From assembly GCA_964304625.1 (NCBI GenBank), contig OZ199839.1, positions 9,066,528-9,130,527 on the forward strand: DNA of 64,000 nucleotides, given 5' to 3'. Positions 14,690 to 28,487 of the stretch are shown here, one piece after another. The stretch is from Kudoa neothunni (taxonomy: Eukaryota > Animalia > Cnidaria). Positions within the stretch are counted from its first letter, which is position 1. The number at the start of each line of letters is the position of its first letter. A model generated the notes under the pieces. The model was not told the origin of the DNA. It made no database searches and saw only the letters and a program-made list of their open reading frames with translations. The translations under genes and the position numbers were made by a program.

Positions 14690-15710
14690 CAGGCGTGTAT
14701 TCGAAGAATGAAGGCTACAATAAAATTCTTACTCTCTAACAGTGTGATACCTTCACCCTATCATTTCCTTACAAAATAGACCGCTTTTTCTTTAAGTTGA
14801 AATTTAATTAGATTTTTTAAGTATATACTGGATTCAGACTTTATATAATTATTTTCACTTATAGTTCTTTCTAACTGTCGGATACACAAAGTTAAAACCA
14901 ACTCATTTAGGAAATCACGTCGTAACATATTTTCCACTTCGAAGATATGTTTATATAGATAAGTGCAATCGCAACCTATTTTAAATTTATTATATAGAAC
15001 CCACCATAGGCCATATTCAGCTAAATTAGCTGAACTCATAGGCATGTACTGCTTAAATGAACATCCTCCTTTGAAAGGTAAAACTGCTCATCAAGAGTAA
15101 TGTCTTTACTAGGATAAAGACATACTAGATTTCAGCCCCCATGTGTAAATATGTTAAGAGTTGGACACAACTTGTCTAATTCCATCCTTTCATGTCTGAT
15201 ATTTGATTAACAAAATATAGATACCTTAATATTTGCTGAAACACGTGAAGAAAAAGAACATGCATACGCTTTACCACTAACCAAACTAAATAATTCTAAC
15301 ATAGGCTCTTCTCTGTCCTTGTGCACACCAGTTAAAATTAGGATTCCAAAGAATTTCCTCAGACCAACATCATCCGTGTTGGTCTGAGATTAATGAGAAT
15401 GTAATTTTCAAATTATATTAACGTGCATTATTGTCACCTGGCAGCCAGAAACAGCAAAAAAATACATCGAAACTACCAAAAATATGTTCTGTGCTCCCTA
15501 CAAGCAAAACGCAATTGGGTTAGGACTACATTCAATGATATTCTAAACTGAATTCCTTGAAGTTGGTGGCCGACTTAGTTATAAGATTATTCTACTTAGG
15601 TTGTTTGTAGAATTTATTGAAAACTCGGTTCTTGGTGTGTCAGTTGAACAGTTAGACACTTCTGAAGTTGTTTCATCAAAATCGCTACTGAAAGGTTGGT
15701 ATTTGCCATT
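14690..15710 (-). mobile_element. Degenerate piggyBac transposase
   Basis: Fragments LRKFFGILILTGVHKD, ITLDEQFLPFKGGCSFKQYMPM..A..EYGL and RRDFLNELVLTL match piggyBac DDE_Tnp_1_7 motifs. There is a large internal deletion. Confidence 0.8.
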
Positions 15711-15752
15711 TAACTAACCAGAACTGCTTTTCGTTATCAAATACACAAGTTA

Positions 15753-17091
15753 TTAACCCTCTAACAAATGAAAAAACAATCACCCTCCAAGGGGCTTTGG
15801 GGTAAAAAAGATCCCAGACTTTTATTTTTTTAATGTATTTATGAAATTATTATAAAGTTATGGGGAAAATATGAGGAGATCCTGCCTAAGGAATATTGAG
15901 AAAACAATCAATTACTGCATAATTAAGCCTCAGTGATCTGCTCAGGTAAGATTAAGTATTATTTCGTAGTAACTTGTGATTAGAATGTTAACTATGTTTA
16001 GCCTCATTTGAAATAATGACAAACAAAAATCTTAATGAAAAATAAAATATGGATTTTATTAAAGATACTCTATGCGGTAAAAATACAGAATAGTGACCAT
16101 AATCAAAAACAACCACAACGAACCAAATCGACCTTGATGAATGATTTATTTTTGTTTATTTTTAGTTTTGATCCAACATGAATTTTCATTTAATATTATC
16201 TTTTAGAGATATAAGATAGTTGTTGTAATCTATTGTGTATTTCCTAGTCCCTCGTAATCATTTTACAGGTCATAACACTCAATTGAGAAAAGCATACTTT
16301 GTGTGTTCTACAGTTTAAAGGTGACAACTGATTCCTATGTGTTGTCACAATTTCTCCTTAGCGGTTACCTATTATTAAATACAGGAATTTATAAGAATGG
16401 GAATTTCACATTTAGTACAACATTAAATATTCAGTTGTAGTAACTGTTTAACTTTAAAATCAAAAATAAATTATTTGAAGAAATTCAGGAATTCCTACTA
16501 GAAATTGTTTAATAAATATCACACGAGTCGAATGTATAATAGTAGGATTAATTACTAAGCTAACTATAATCTCTCATTGGTAAATGTTGCCATCGTTCTG
16601 CAATTTTACCTTTAAAGTATCAAAAGCTTATTTATTTGAGGATACTTATCGTTGTCGGGGCTAATAACATGAATAATTTTGTTTGTTTTGAGTAATAAAC
16701 ACTGGCGTTACAATACTCGTGGAAACGATAGCAAACGACATACACGACGCCGCGTAATTAATCGGATTATCTCGAATAATAATTATTCAATTTCTCAATA
16801 TTCCTTTGGCAGAATTTTTCAACATTTTCCATATCGTTTTGTAATAAGTTTCTGCATCTATTGAACTAAAAAAATCACGGGGTCTTTTTTATCCCAAAGC
16901 CCCTTGGAGGAAAATAATTTTGTTTGAAGTGATATAATCAATATTCCACATAAATTTTGTATTAATCTATCTACTAAAATAATTTAGGAGAATAGAGGAA
17001 TTTTAAGTATCTCGGATAATTATTAAATATTCTATGAACAAAGTAAAATCCCGTTAGGATCTAAAGGACCCCAAATCCGTTATAGGGATAA
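15753..17091. mobile_element. Non-autonomous piggyBac-like element
   Basis: Termini TTAA-ccctctaac and gttataggg-ATAA. Internal inverted repeats of about 32 bp at 15783-15815 and 16879-16910. Confidence 0.7.
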
Positions 17092-17239
17092 TTGAATATT
17101 ATAATACAATTGTGTAAATACTTGAATAACAAAGAACGTTTTAACGTAATTTTTATTCTCAAGCTTCAGAATTTTTAATTGGATCCTCACATCATAGAAG
17201 TTAAAATAAATTATAATTATAAATATCTTACATTGGGTG

Positions 17240-19960
17240 CTTCAGTAACCAAACCTGTAATGATTTTTCACAATCATTTATTAAATTTTGTAGACCGAAA
17301 ATATTATCCTCTTCAAGTTGTGCAGTAAAAAGGTTAACTAACTAGTTTACCACAATGAATTGCAGTCATACAAAACCCATATAAATATAGTTTGTAATAC
17401 GTGAAATATTGGGGAGTGAGGTGCAGAAAATTTTTGGAGATCAAAATCAAACCAACACATTGAAATAGTTTCACATTTAATTATTTCTTCAAACAATAAG
17501 TTCATTAAACGTACACATTGTTCGAAATTGTATTCTCCGTGCACAGTATAGGACGACTTAAATGTATGGGTGTTCAAGTAATTTTCAAAACATGGGTTTA
17601 TTCGCCTTAATCTGGGAACATCAATAATAAGTTGTATGGCTGGAGCGCAAGCATAACCAATATATCAATTCCGTGTGTTCTCTACCATCAGAAAATATCA
17701 TCTTAAAATACATATCATATAAATTATAGAAATAAGAAAAGACAATATTATGTTAAATAAAATATTGTAGTTGGTTAACCTACTTAGGCTTAGCCATTGG
17801 AATATCCAAGGGGAGTGGCTATTGCCATGATAAAAAATATTCAGTTTTCATTAGAATTTCTTAAAAGTGTGATCGTGATATTCGTTACATCAAAAATACG
17901 AATAGATTAAGACAACCGTTAGAAAACAGCGGTATTTAAAGCTCCAACTAATAAAACCATGCTTCGATATACTCTCAACCCCAAAAATGAGCATAATTAA
18001 CCCATAATTCTCCTAAATTTAATTTAAATAAGTCAAAATTTATAATACATTAAACGGAAAGAAAGCATTTATTTTCTATATATAACATGTTCATTTATTG
18101 ACAGAATTCCAATACCATAGATTTCATAGTTTTTAACAGGAAATGGCTTTTGGTACGGTAAATAATTTTCTGGTGACACTAGTTTTGACTATTTTTCTAA
18201 ATTATTTCTAATTCTTAAGAACGAAGCGGGGCGGAAATAATTAAATATAGAAGATTCTACAAAATTAAACCTGTATACAGCTTGTGAGAATGATATGCTG
18301 TGATTAAACATTTCTATTGCACAAGCTCACATGCCGTTTAGGATTAAATTTTACCGTGCCAATAGCCTATGCCGTAGATAAACTAATTTAGGAATTTACG
18401 TGAAATTTCGGTGAAAAAACTCCACTCAAAAATAGAATTTTTGGGGATTTTACCACACAGATGAGCTCATGGACCCCGGTTTATCGGTTAAGAGTTATTA
18501 AAAAAATCTATATATACTAATTTTAATTAGGTTAATTCTACTTAATAATACATCGGGTAAATCATAAATTTAATTACTCATAAGTAAAATATCAACTGGC
18601 GATTATATATAGATATTAAAATATTACTTGAATATAGCGTAATAGAGTCAGGTTGAAAAAGACTAATATGTTATTGCAATAATTGACGGTGGAGAAAATG
18701 GCATGATTATAACCAAATTTTACATAATACTCCACGCGTAAAGCCGCAGGTATATGTAATGTTTCTTCTAGTATAGTAAAATACCCCAAATAGAGTCCAT
18801 CCAAAGTTATTTTTAAAATATTATTGAATAAAATTTCCTTTGAAATATTGTGAAAAAAATATCAAATTATCTACTATACTTCCTTTAATAGATTCAGATT
18901 GTAATTTAGTACTTCATACAAACCATCATATTTGTGACTGGTCTCCAATATACGTTTAGAGTTAATATTAGTTTCATCAGTTAATTTTGCATATAATTCC
19001 TCGGCTGCGCGAATAAATGAATCTACATATTGATAATTTTGTTGGCTTCAAAATTTTAGAATAGCATCTAAATTAATTTTATGTACTTGACGAGGGGATA
19101 TACATATGATATTTTTATGATTAAGCAAAAATCTGACAAAATTGAGGAAATTTTTGTTGAAAAGTCTTTTTCGAGTTTTTAACCATAAGCTCATGAATAT
19201 TTTTGGGATCAGGGTGGGTGTTCGTGTCATCAACTAATTAAATTATTTTAATCTACAAAATTAACCAAAATTTATTATTTTTACCGTGGAATATTTCACC
19301 CCGTTTCAAATCAGAAATTTTGTTTCTGTGTAAGTCAAATGAGTAAGTATAATATCTTACAGAACTAGTATCGATGATGATACACACACCATACTAAGAT
19401 ACGAAATAGGCCCGTAACTACTTGAAATATATTTACATGTATTTCTGCTTGAATAATATGAAACGCTGTCAGTATTAGTCCAACCATCGGAATTATTATA
19501 TTCATCGTTATGTTTATATTTTAATTTTGAAGCAAAGACAACATGCAACTCAGGTTGATCCAGTAGTATATGTAAAATGTTAGATTCTTTGTTATATTTT
19601 ACTTAATCTCAAAATATTTTTACATTTTATCAAATACTTTAAGCAAATAACACTTTTTGTCACATAAACTAGGCTTTACTAGAAATAACATACCATTCAT
19701 AGCTAGTGACCATTGTCGTTTAAATTAAATATAAGTCATTCGAATTTTATAAAGCTGTTAGACTTTTTAGTATTTATATTCAGTGTTCATCGACCGATAA
19801 TTGTTTTCTACACATATTAATACCTAACTTTACCAACAGATTGTTAAAAATTTGGATTTTGCTCAGATTAACAATTATCGTTGTTTTTACACCTGAATAA
19901 CGTTCATGATTCCGGTTGATATGGGTACACTTACCAAAATATTATTTTCGTAGACAAACG
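17240..19960 (-). pseudogene. Possible fragmented multi-exon membrane protein gene (7TM-like?), probably degraded
   Basis: Several co-oriented coding-like segments bounded by AG/GT, with hydrophobic stretches (YLSMVCVSSSILVL; YCNNILVFFNLTLLRYIQ, similar to a GPCR TM3-DRY region; IFFIMAIATPLGY). I could not build a stop-free model. Confidence 0.3.
18260..18373. repeat. Dispersed repeat family B, copy 1
   Basis: aattaaa.ct...acagcttg...tgcc.ttta.ga...ttttaccgtgccaatagcct.tgcc, shared with 24095-24207, 51517-51626 and partly 39905-39924. Confidence 0.7.
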
Positions 19961-20560
19961 ATGATATTGAAAATTTTATTGGGTAAAAATTATTTTATTT
20001 CTAACAAATTAGGTGGTGCGAATATAATAATTCTATTCTTATCTAACAAGTATTGATCCTTCTCTATAAATTTAAATCAATCACAAAATAATGCGAAACT
20101 AATTCCAATCTGTTAAATATGTGTGATATATATATAGAAGCATGCATGTTAAAAGAATTACGATCAAAATAATCATTATACAAGAAATCCATGTAAACTT
20201 AATTTGAAGATTTAATGGAATGGTATTTCAGTTTAATTTCTATCATATTTGCTTTAAATTTATTAACCGGATATGAATTAAACATCTTAGAGAAAATAAT
20301 GTGAATAGGTTTATTTGTCAATCGGTAAAATTGGTAAAAGGAAACATATAGTGGGTTTCTAGGCATTGGAATTTGTTATTTTTTTGATCTAAGCAGGATC
20401 ATTTATTTTTTGATGTGTTAAGTCACTTGGGGAGGGGATTGCGAGTTTCTTCTTGTTCTCATTCTCAATGGTTACTGACTATTCCTACGGATTAGTGTGA
20501 TCTCTTCTTCGACTCAAGCTATTCTTACCGTAATGAATATCTCATAGAATAATTGAGATA

Positions 20561-23500
20561 CAGTAGGCAATCGATTTTTCGTACTTTTCATCTTCTTGTT
20601 TCCTGTTTACTCTTAATGTTTCTGCTAAAGTAAAGATTCAATATGAGAATATCACATTAAAATTTAATTAAAAAAAATTTACAAATAAAGAAATAATGAT
20701 GAAAATACGAAAAATCCATCGTTGCGAATTTTGCGTTTTTTTTTTGAATTTTTCGAGGGAACTTGCGAGTTTTTCGTAGTTTTCAGATGGCACAAAAAAT
20801 AAAAAAAGCATAACAATTAAGGAACAATTTGAAATAATCGAATTTTTTGAACGTTTCCCTAATAAAGGAGCGTACGACGCTACCGTTCGATATCATAAAC
20901 TTTCTACAATTTCAGCATCGGATGGCACCTACTATCTACTACATATATAAAGCTGAAGTGTCTGTGCCAGCAAGTACACATGTGCGTCAACATTTTCTTC
21001 CTTATAGAGAGACATTTATGACATTTTTTAAAAACAATAATGCTTAAAAGAATCTCTAAATCATTTTCACACTGCCAACTGTTCCCATAAATGTTTAGAA
21101 AATGGTGATTTTGTGGATTCAAAGTTTCTAAAATGGATTGCCAGGTTACAGGAATAGGATTAACGCCTGCATATGACTTGCTGATGGTCGGTTGAAGTTA
21201 ATTTTCCCCTTTATATGCTCTATCAAATGTTTATTAACTTCTGCTATCAGATTTTGTGTATAAATTCAGTGTGTAAATTTAGGTGTTCGTTCAGATACAC
21301 TCTCTATGTCATGAGTTTTAACGTGTTTGATTTAATAAGCATACTTTGATGGTTCTGCTACTGATTTTGGATTCAACAAAAAATCTATATTTGTTTCATC
21401 AATAGCGAATTAATTGTGTATGCGATCATCAGATAGATTGAAGCTTTAGAATAAGCGCATTTTGTCTGTAGATTTAGTTGAAATCGTTCGCTAAGTTGAA
21501 CTTTCAGTGATTAAATTCAATGCAGATGGTTGTACTCTTACCTCATCGTATTATTTGAATTATTTATATTGATATTGACTCGATCTGTAATTATCTGTGA
21601 GAAGTAGTGCACTAATGTCCATGCCTGACCAAGCGATATTAATTTTAGCAATATCAATTAATTTTCATACGTCTTCTTCCATTTCTATTACTTTTTCTAT
21701 GTTTTTTTCTCTTACAAAGTTAGTGGTGCACCCAGTTACCGATCCGTGCCAGATTTCGACTTTTAAAAGTCCTCCGGGTCAAAAAATAGCATTTTAGATA
21801 ACAATCTAGTGGGATTTAAATAATTTGGGAATGAAAAAATTACGATGCTGTCGCCGACCTTAAATTATTTAGCGTTGATGCCGAACCACGAAATTTTTAA
21901 ATGAACGCCGGGATTGGAACACTCCTTCAAGAAAATAATCATAATCCAGATCGTTAAAGTATTTTTATTACAAATTATTGGTTGTTTTGTTTCTGTGAGT
22001 TAATTTTAAACTTTAATATACTTGTTGAATGGTATTGAAAAACGTTTCTAGGCGAAATCTCCCCCAAGCAACGCTGGGGAGTTCGCGCTAGTTCTTAATA
22101 AGAGAGAAGAAATAATGAGATCCTATGAAGGTGAGCTAGCTTCATCGAAAAATCTTGAAATATAATACCAATAAAGAGCTTGATTCCGAAAATTTTGAGT
22201 GAATTAATTTGATGCGCTCAAAAAATAGAGCTAACTTCTATTGATATGATTAATAAAATGAGAGAATTTCGCTCAAATTATTCGTATGTGGATTCCGATG
22301 TCATAGATGTAATAAAGGACCTCTCACCCCACTTTCTTTTTAAAATTGACAAAATTGTACTATACTATCAGCAACATGAACTAAAGTTTTTGTTTGTGTA
22401 TGTTTGCATAGTTCTAGGAGAGTTGTCACAACTAGGGAGAATGTCTATAACCGAATAAAAAAGAGAAAAAAAGAACAACAATCCTCTTGTGTGCTTTCAA
22501 ATCTTGTAAGAAACCCGATCCTTTAATTATTTGGCATTCTGCAAAACTGTGATGCTCCAAAAATGTGAAAAATATTCTACTAAAGTATGAGTGCCGCGAA
22601 AAAGCATGAATGATTGATTATATGTTTATAAAATATATAGCTGGTTTAATTAAGTTTTTTGAATAAATTCCAATAAAATTGTTTTGTATTCGACAATGCA
22701 ATTAATAATTTTCACAATGACTTAAACCATATAAAAATGGTTTTTCTTCTTCAAAATACAATAAGCGTTTTGCGACCTTTAGATCAGGGTACTATTCACT
22801 TGTTCAAAGCGGCATATAAAAGAGAAATTATAAAAAAGTTGTTTGCATTCACAGAAGCTGTTTCTCTCCCTAATTTCCCAGATTCTCTGGAATCTAAATT
22901 TTTAACTAAAGAAGCGTGAGATCCTATTAGCAATAGGGCCATATTAAATTATTTTAAAGCTAAATTTTCTTCAACTAACGATTAAGATATAAATAATGAA
23001 ATTATTTATATCTACTAACAGAAATTGATGCGGAAATTGACCAGATGATTCCAGAGTAACACGATTATTTCCTATGGATAATGAAGATTCAGTTAACTTA
23101 CAGCATAGCATAGAAAAGGTAAAGGAACCACTATGATGACGATATATCCTAAGATTTACCAATCGAAGATATTTCTCCGAAGGAAGTTATAGAATCAATT
23201 AAAAAACTTTTAAGTTTCGTAAAGCGTAGTGCGATTGAGGAGTACAACTTGGTCATAAAGCTGAAAAGTACGCTATCAAACTTATTATTCAAAAAGATTT
23301 AACCAAGTTAAGATAACTGATTGTTTCCACAAAAGGGATTCTTAAAGTCGTTTCTCAGTTATATTTTGGTTTCTAATAGTAATTTTTCATTATTGATTAT
23401 CAACATTGATAAAAAATAATGAGACAAGATAAATAACTATTACTATCGTTTCTTGTCGCTGAAATAATTAATTTCAAAATCACTTAGCTCAAAATTTACA

Positions 23501-23843
23501 ACAGAATAAATTTTTATTTAATCACAAAGATAGAATTATAAAGAAAATATATATATAAAATAAATAAGATTTTGAAATAAACGTTAAACGTCAATTAAAA
23601 TATTAAAAAAATTAAATATACTCATATCAGTAATTGTAATAAACGGGTTTATTTATTTTTTTTATTATATTAATTTAATCAGAAAATGAGATGAATTTTA
23701 ATGAAAAACCATTTAAATCACTCCCTGATTATCATGATTCTTAAGATGTGCATGCTCCGAAAAGTACATAAATTCCCCAATGATGTATATTTTTGTACAT
23801 TTTTTCAATCCTCAAATAAGTACGAAAAATCGATTGCCTACTG
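20561..23843 (+). mobile_element. pogo/Tigger-type Tc1-mariner element with decayed transposase
   Basis: Perfect 26-bp TIRs (cagtaggcaatcgatttttcgtactt) at 20561-20586 and 23818-23843, with TA on both sides. Remnants of a CENP-B-like HTH at about 20790-21190 and of DDE_1 (VFLLQNTISVLRPLDQGTIHLFKAAYK). Confidence 0.92.
22052..22091 (+). mobile_element. Helitron-like 3' terminus nested in the pogo element
   Basis: Hairpin gcgaa..ctcccc.aagcaacgct.ggggag.ttcgc followed by CTAG|T. It sits at the end of a stretch of about 0.9 kb that interrupts the transposase. Confidence 0.62.
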
Positions 23844-24094
23844 TATTATAAAATTGGTTTGAATACCGAGTAGATTTAACGTGATTTTGCAAGTATAATA
23901 ACTTTGTTAAGTTACTAATGCTTAAAAATTACTTAGAATTTAGAGCGTTTAATCTTCCTTTATTTTTTATAGGAAGTGGCTGTTGCAACGGACCATAATA
24001 TCCATGTGAGTGTAGCTTTGACTAGATTTAATTATTTCTGATCTCTATGAGAGATGCGATGGATCAGAAATAATTAAACATAGCAGATTTCAAA

Positions 24095-24207
24095 AAATTA
24101 AATCTGTAAACAGCTTGTAAGTAAGAGTTGCTGAGATTAAAAATTTTCAGACCGCAGACGTACATGCCATTTACAGATTTAATTTTACCGTGCCAATAGC
24201 CTCTGCC
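24095..24207. repeat. Dispersed repeat family B, copy 2
   Basis: Aligns by eye with 18260-18373 and ends gtgccaatagcctctgcc. Confidence 0.7.
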
Positions 24208-25183
24208 AAGAAAATGTTAAAACATCTTGATTGTACAATACATCAGCAAACCATTTAAAATTTTAGTTTATGGCAATCGAGCCTATATAACATTATTTGA
24301 GTGATCATTTTCTACGGAGACTCTATTTCTGAATAAATATGGCAGCCATTGGTACAATTCTCTAGGAGAAACGTTTTAGTTATTTGATTTGATTCTCTGT
24401 AACCATAGTTAATTTTCGCGTATGACAATTTCGCATGCAGGCATTAATATGCATTATCGTAGAAAAAATATTTATTTTAAACTCAAGTATTAAAGTTTTA
24501 TCATTCTTAAAATATGCGTGATACCGGTTACTGACTCTATGTAAACACAGTTAGTTTTAGTTACCACAATAAAATAATCTCAGCCAATGTTATACCATTA
24601 AAGGCCAAATATTTCTGAGATTTAAATCACATTATGATTAAAATTTATGTATACTATTATTTAAAGTTTATATTTTTAATTTCCGTCATTATTTATTTCT
24701 TAAGAATAAAAATAATTATGTTAATAAATTTAAACTGTGTTTTCACATTTATTCATTATTGAATTCCAGAAATAACATTTAAAATGATCAAAATGGTTAG
24801 AATAATAGATTTTTAGAATACATAATAATGTTAAAAATTAATTAGAATAACTAAATTTCATTAAATGAGACAAAGTACCTACCATACTTCCGAGAGAATA
24901 TTTATTTTGGAACTTTACGTATTTTATTAAAAATTATTACTTTTAGCCATCAAAAATTAAAAATTTCATATTGATATCATAAAATTCAATTGTGATTAAT
25001 TTTTATACGAATAATGCAGCTAACTTAGACGGAAGATTTAAACTTCACTCATGTCAATATTAAATCTCACAAAAGGTTAACTTAATAAAAATAAAAAACC
25101 ACGTTGTCCATACGTGTAAGATTATAATAAGAAGCATACATTAATTATTCAAACTCTCAAAATGTACAACAAACGAAAACAAA

Positions 25184-26671
25184 TCAGTTAGGTTTTTCTA
25201 GATATTTCTGCCAGTTTTCTAAACGAGACTTTTCTTCAGTGTCAGTTGAACGAATTTTGTAATCGGTGATGCCATCCCAGATAAATGAGGAGATGGTTCG
25301 ACCCCTAAAAGTTTTACCGTTCAGTTTGGACTGGCAATATTCAGCAATTTCTTTGGTTTCAAATGTGACAGAGCAAATTCCTTCAGGATTCATCTACAGC
25401 AATGATTAAAATCATAAATATTCTATTATTTTTGTTTAACAAAATTACATCAAACAGTAGAACTCGCTTCACCTTTCCAAACTCTTCCCCAATGGCTCTC
25501 ACACTGGATTTGATTTCAAGAATGAGTTGAGGTTGTTCCTAAAACGATTTTAATATACGCACGTATTAACGAACTCTCAAATAGAACAGAAAAAGAAACT
25601 TCACCTCAAGCTCAGTCGTTGTGAAAGCATTCTTAATAACCACAACCGAGAGGTGTTTCATTTTTTTCGTGTTATCTCTATCAACCCAATCCAACAGTCT
25701 ATACGTATTTATTGCATTTTATAATGTCTAGTACGATGCTGCTGGATAGATTTACTTTTCTTGATTTTTCTTATTTTCCTGTTTCCTTTTTCTGCGTTTT
25801 TTCAATTTTGGATTGTAGGTGCCTTTCTGTTCAAAATGTGCCTTCATAATTACATTAGAAAATTGGGTCTAAGTTAAAAAGACAATTTCAAATACAGGCT
25901 GAACTTGAACAGGGAAATTTGGTCTAATTTGTTGACTGTCGAGAATATTGATTGCTAGTTCAATGGATTCATGCTAATATTATACTTTTCTTAGAAAAAC
26001 TCTTTAAATTTTTACACGTCCTACCTTCAAATAACAACACAATCCGTCCCCTTTTAAGTTTCCAGTGGAGTCTTTATAAAGTTTGATTTTAGGTTGATCT
26101 ACATTAGAAGGTGGTTTTTATTAAAAATTAATAGATGATTCGTCTGCCTCTGCAGTACTTTTATCAGTATCCATGGCAACTATCCCACATTTACTCATAA
26201 AATCAATAAACTCAATCTCATTGATGTCAGTTGGCAGTCCTTGAAGGTATTGAAGTCCACTCAAAACTGAAAACACGCAGTCATACCCGACACATAAACA
26301 TGATTATTTTTGGTGCTATCAATTTCAAACCATCCCACTAAAAATGAAATTGTTGTCCTTATACTGAAGAACTCAAAAAGGGACCCTCAGTTTTTGTTGA
26401 TTTAGTCTTTTGATCTTCTTTAGTTGTAGGTGGATTATCTGTGTTGGTGGTATTGTTTGCTGGTGTTGGGGTTGTGTTATCAACAAAACCATAATTGTAG
26501 TGGTAATGGGCAAGAAAGTCTTCTGTTATCTACCCACGAAGGTTATTGTATTTGTTTATTGTTTTTCGTATCCAACATTACCATTGGAAACCAAGCTTTT
26601 TTCTCTTCAACCCATTCGTACACTGTTCCATCATTTGGATCGATTCGAGTTTTAGGAGGATTTTGATCCAT
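25184..26671 (-). CDS. HTATSF1: HIV Tat-specific factor 1 homolog (U2 snRNP factor, RRM + UHM), multi-exon
   Basis: Spliced: DPNDGTVYEWVEEKKAWFP, HVYVSGLPTDI, FMSKCGIV, PKIKLYKDSTGNLKGDGLCCYLK, HFEQKGTYNP, PEGICSVTF, WDGITDY. Confidence 0.93.
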
Positions 26672-26744
26672 TTTTAATATTTTTAATGCGCACGCGTACA
26701 GTTGCAATAAATAATTATAATTTTTGTAGTGTTTAGTTCAGTTG
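26672..26744. promoter_or_regulatory. Putative 73-bp bidirectional promoter with an NRF1-like motif
   Basis: Divergent ATGs at 26671 (-) and 26745 (+). TGCGCACGCG at 26687-26696. Confidence 0.6.
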
Positions 26745-27223
26745 ATGCCCGTTGTATTCTACCAATTATTGTTGAGTTTTTCTACCCAGCCGAATACGAG
26801 CTGCGAAATAACAAATAGATTGGAGTGTATATTTCTGTTAATGGTGAAATTCGGCGGAAGATTGATAGTTTTTATTTAGCGATATCCGAGTTAAAAAATA
26901 TCAAGATAGGTCTAATGCATTTACAATTGATGCATACATCGGCGGCGATCACTCTCAACGAAAATTATGACGATGACGTCAAGTTGGACATGAACGATTT
27001 CATGAAACAACTCGTACCGTTTTCGAAGGGGTTTCGCCACACGCTCGAGGGTCAGGATGATATGCCTGCACATATCAAATCGTCCCTTATAGGCACGTCA
27101 CTCACAGTTTCCATCACCAACGGTCAACTTAATCTGGGCACTTGGCAAGGTGTTTGGTTGATGGAGTTCCGCGCTCAATCACACACCAGAAAAATAACTG
27201 TGACAATTCAAGGCGAAAAATAA
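26745..27223 (+). CDS. YjbQ/UPF0047-family protein (secondary thiamine-phosphate synthase-like), 2 exons
   Basis: HTSAAITLNENYD.DV, FRHTLEGQDDMPAHIKSSLIG, GQLNLGTWQGVWLMEFR. Exon 1 (MPVVFYQ...CEITNRLE) joins through an intron at about 26827-26879. Confidence 0.92.
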
Positions 27224-28487
27224 TGTCAAATTTTGTGATTGGATCATTATTTTATTTTGATCATTTTTACGGTCAATCAATGTTGCATTTGTTAAACATA
27301 GCTTAAAATTATTTAATAGAAATTTCGATTGATTATTTTCCACTATTAATTTTATTATTTTTCCTGCGGCGCTTTTTGGTAAATTGCGATTGAGGAGCAA
27401 TAAAAATTTAGAATTAATTATCTTTCCAAGAGATAAATTAGAATATTTGAATATGCAACTTGCGAGCATCACACTTTCGAATAAAATGTAACTGAGTCAG
27501 ATAAATAAAGGATTTTTTCCAGAAACTTATTATTTAATTTAAAATTAGTTTGTATCGCGTTAAATATTTATTTTATCTTATTAAATTAGCAAGTTATCCA
27601 TGTGATGGATATCGAAACATAATTTGAGAGAATTAATATTTTACAGAGCTATAATACAATAAATTAGTTTCTCTTATTAAGTAAAATCATTAGATTTTGG
27701 AGAGGTTAAACTTTTTTTTGGATGTCTAAAAATTTTGGCGTAATCTCATTAGAATACAACAAACGTCTAAAATAATTGAAATCCAAATGTGAGCACGCGT
27801 CGTATAACGTGGTATCGGCGAGTACTGAAATTTGGAGTATCGATGAAACTCTATAAATTAATTTTCTCAATACTAAATTTCTCGCATAATTCCAGTATAC
27901 TAACTAATATTTTTGGTAGATTATATATTTATTATATTTGCCGATTAATAATTTACACAATTTATATTCCAAAATCATATTAAATAGAACACAGTTTAAT
28001 ACAATTTTTATATTAGAAATTCAGAGAATCATAAAACCATAATTAATTGATATTTATTAATTGAAATTTATTAATTATTAATCGATGTAATGTTCATTAA
28101 TAATTTTTAATTTTATTTCCCTATATAATTATACAATAGATTCACATTGGAATCAACTCGATCCAACTTTTTCTATTTCAGATTAATTAGATTAGATTGA
28201 ATTGAATTGAATTGAATTTAATAGATTATCGGATCGCAAATTTATTCCTAAAATTTGATTAAACAGGAGAAACTGTATTAATAACGCTAATCCTTAACGA
28301 CTTTAGTTCTTACGTTGTATCTATTTAAATTGATGCTAAACTGGGAAATATCAAGAGAGATTAATTTTTATTGAAAAATGTGACGACGCGCATGCGTATT
28401 CATATCATTGAGTAAGTTCTTACTATTGCGTAACTATTGTAAATCTCCAAAAAGTAACGCAATACAAAGAATTTATTTCAATAAAAT

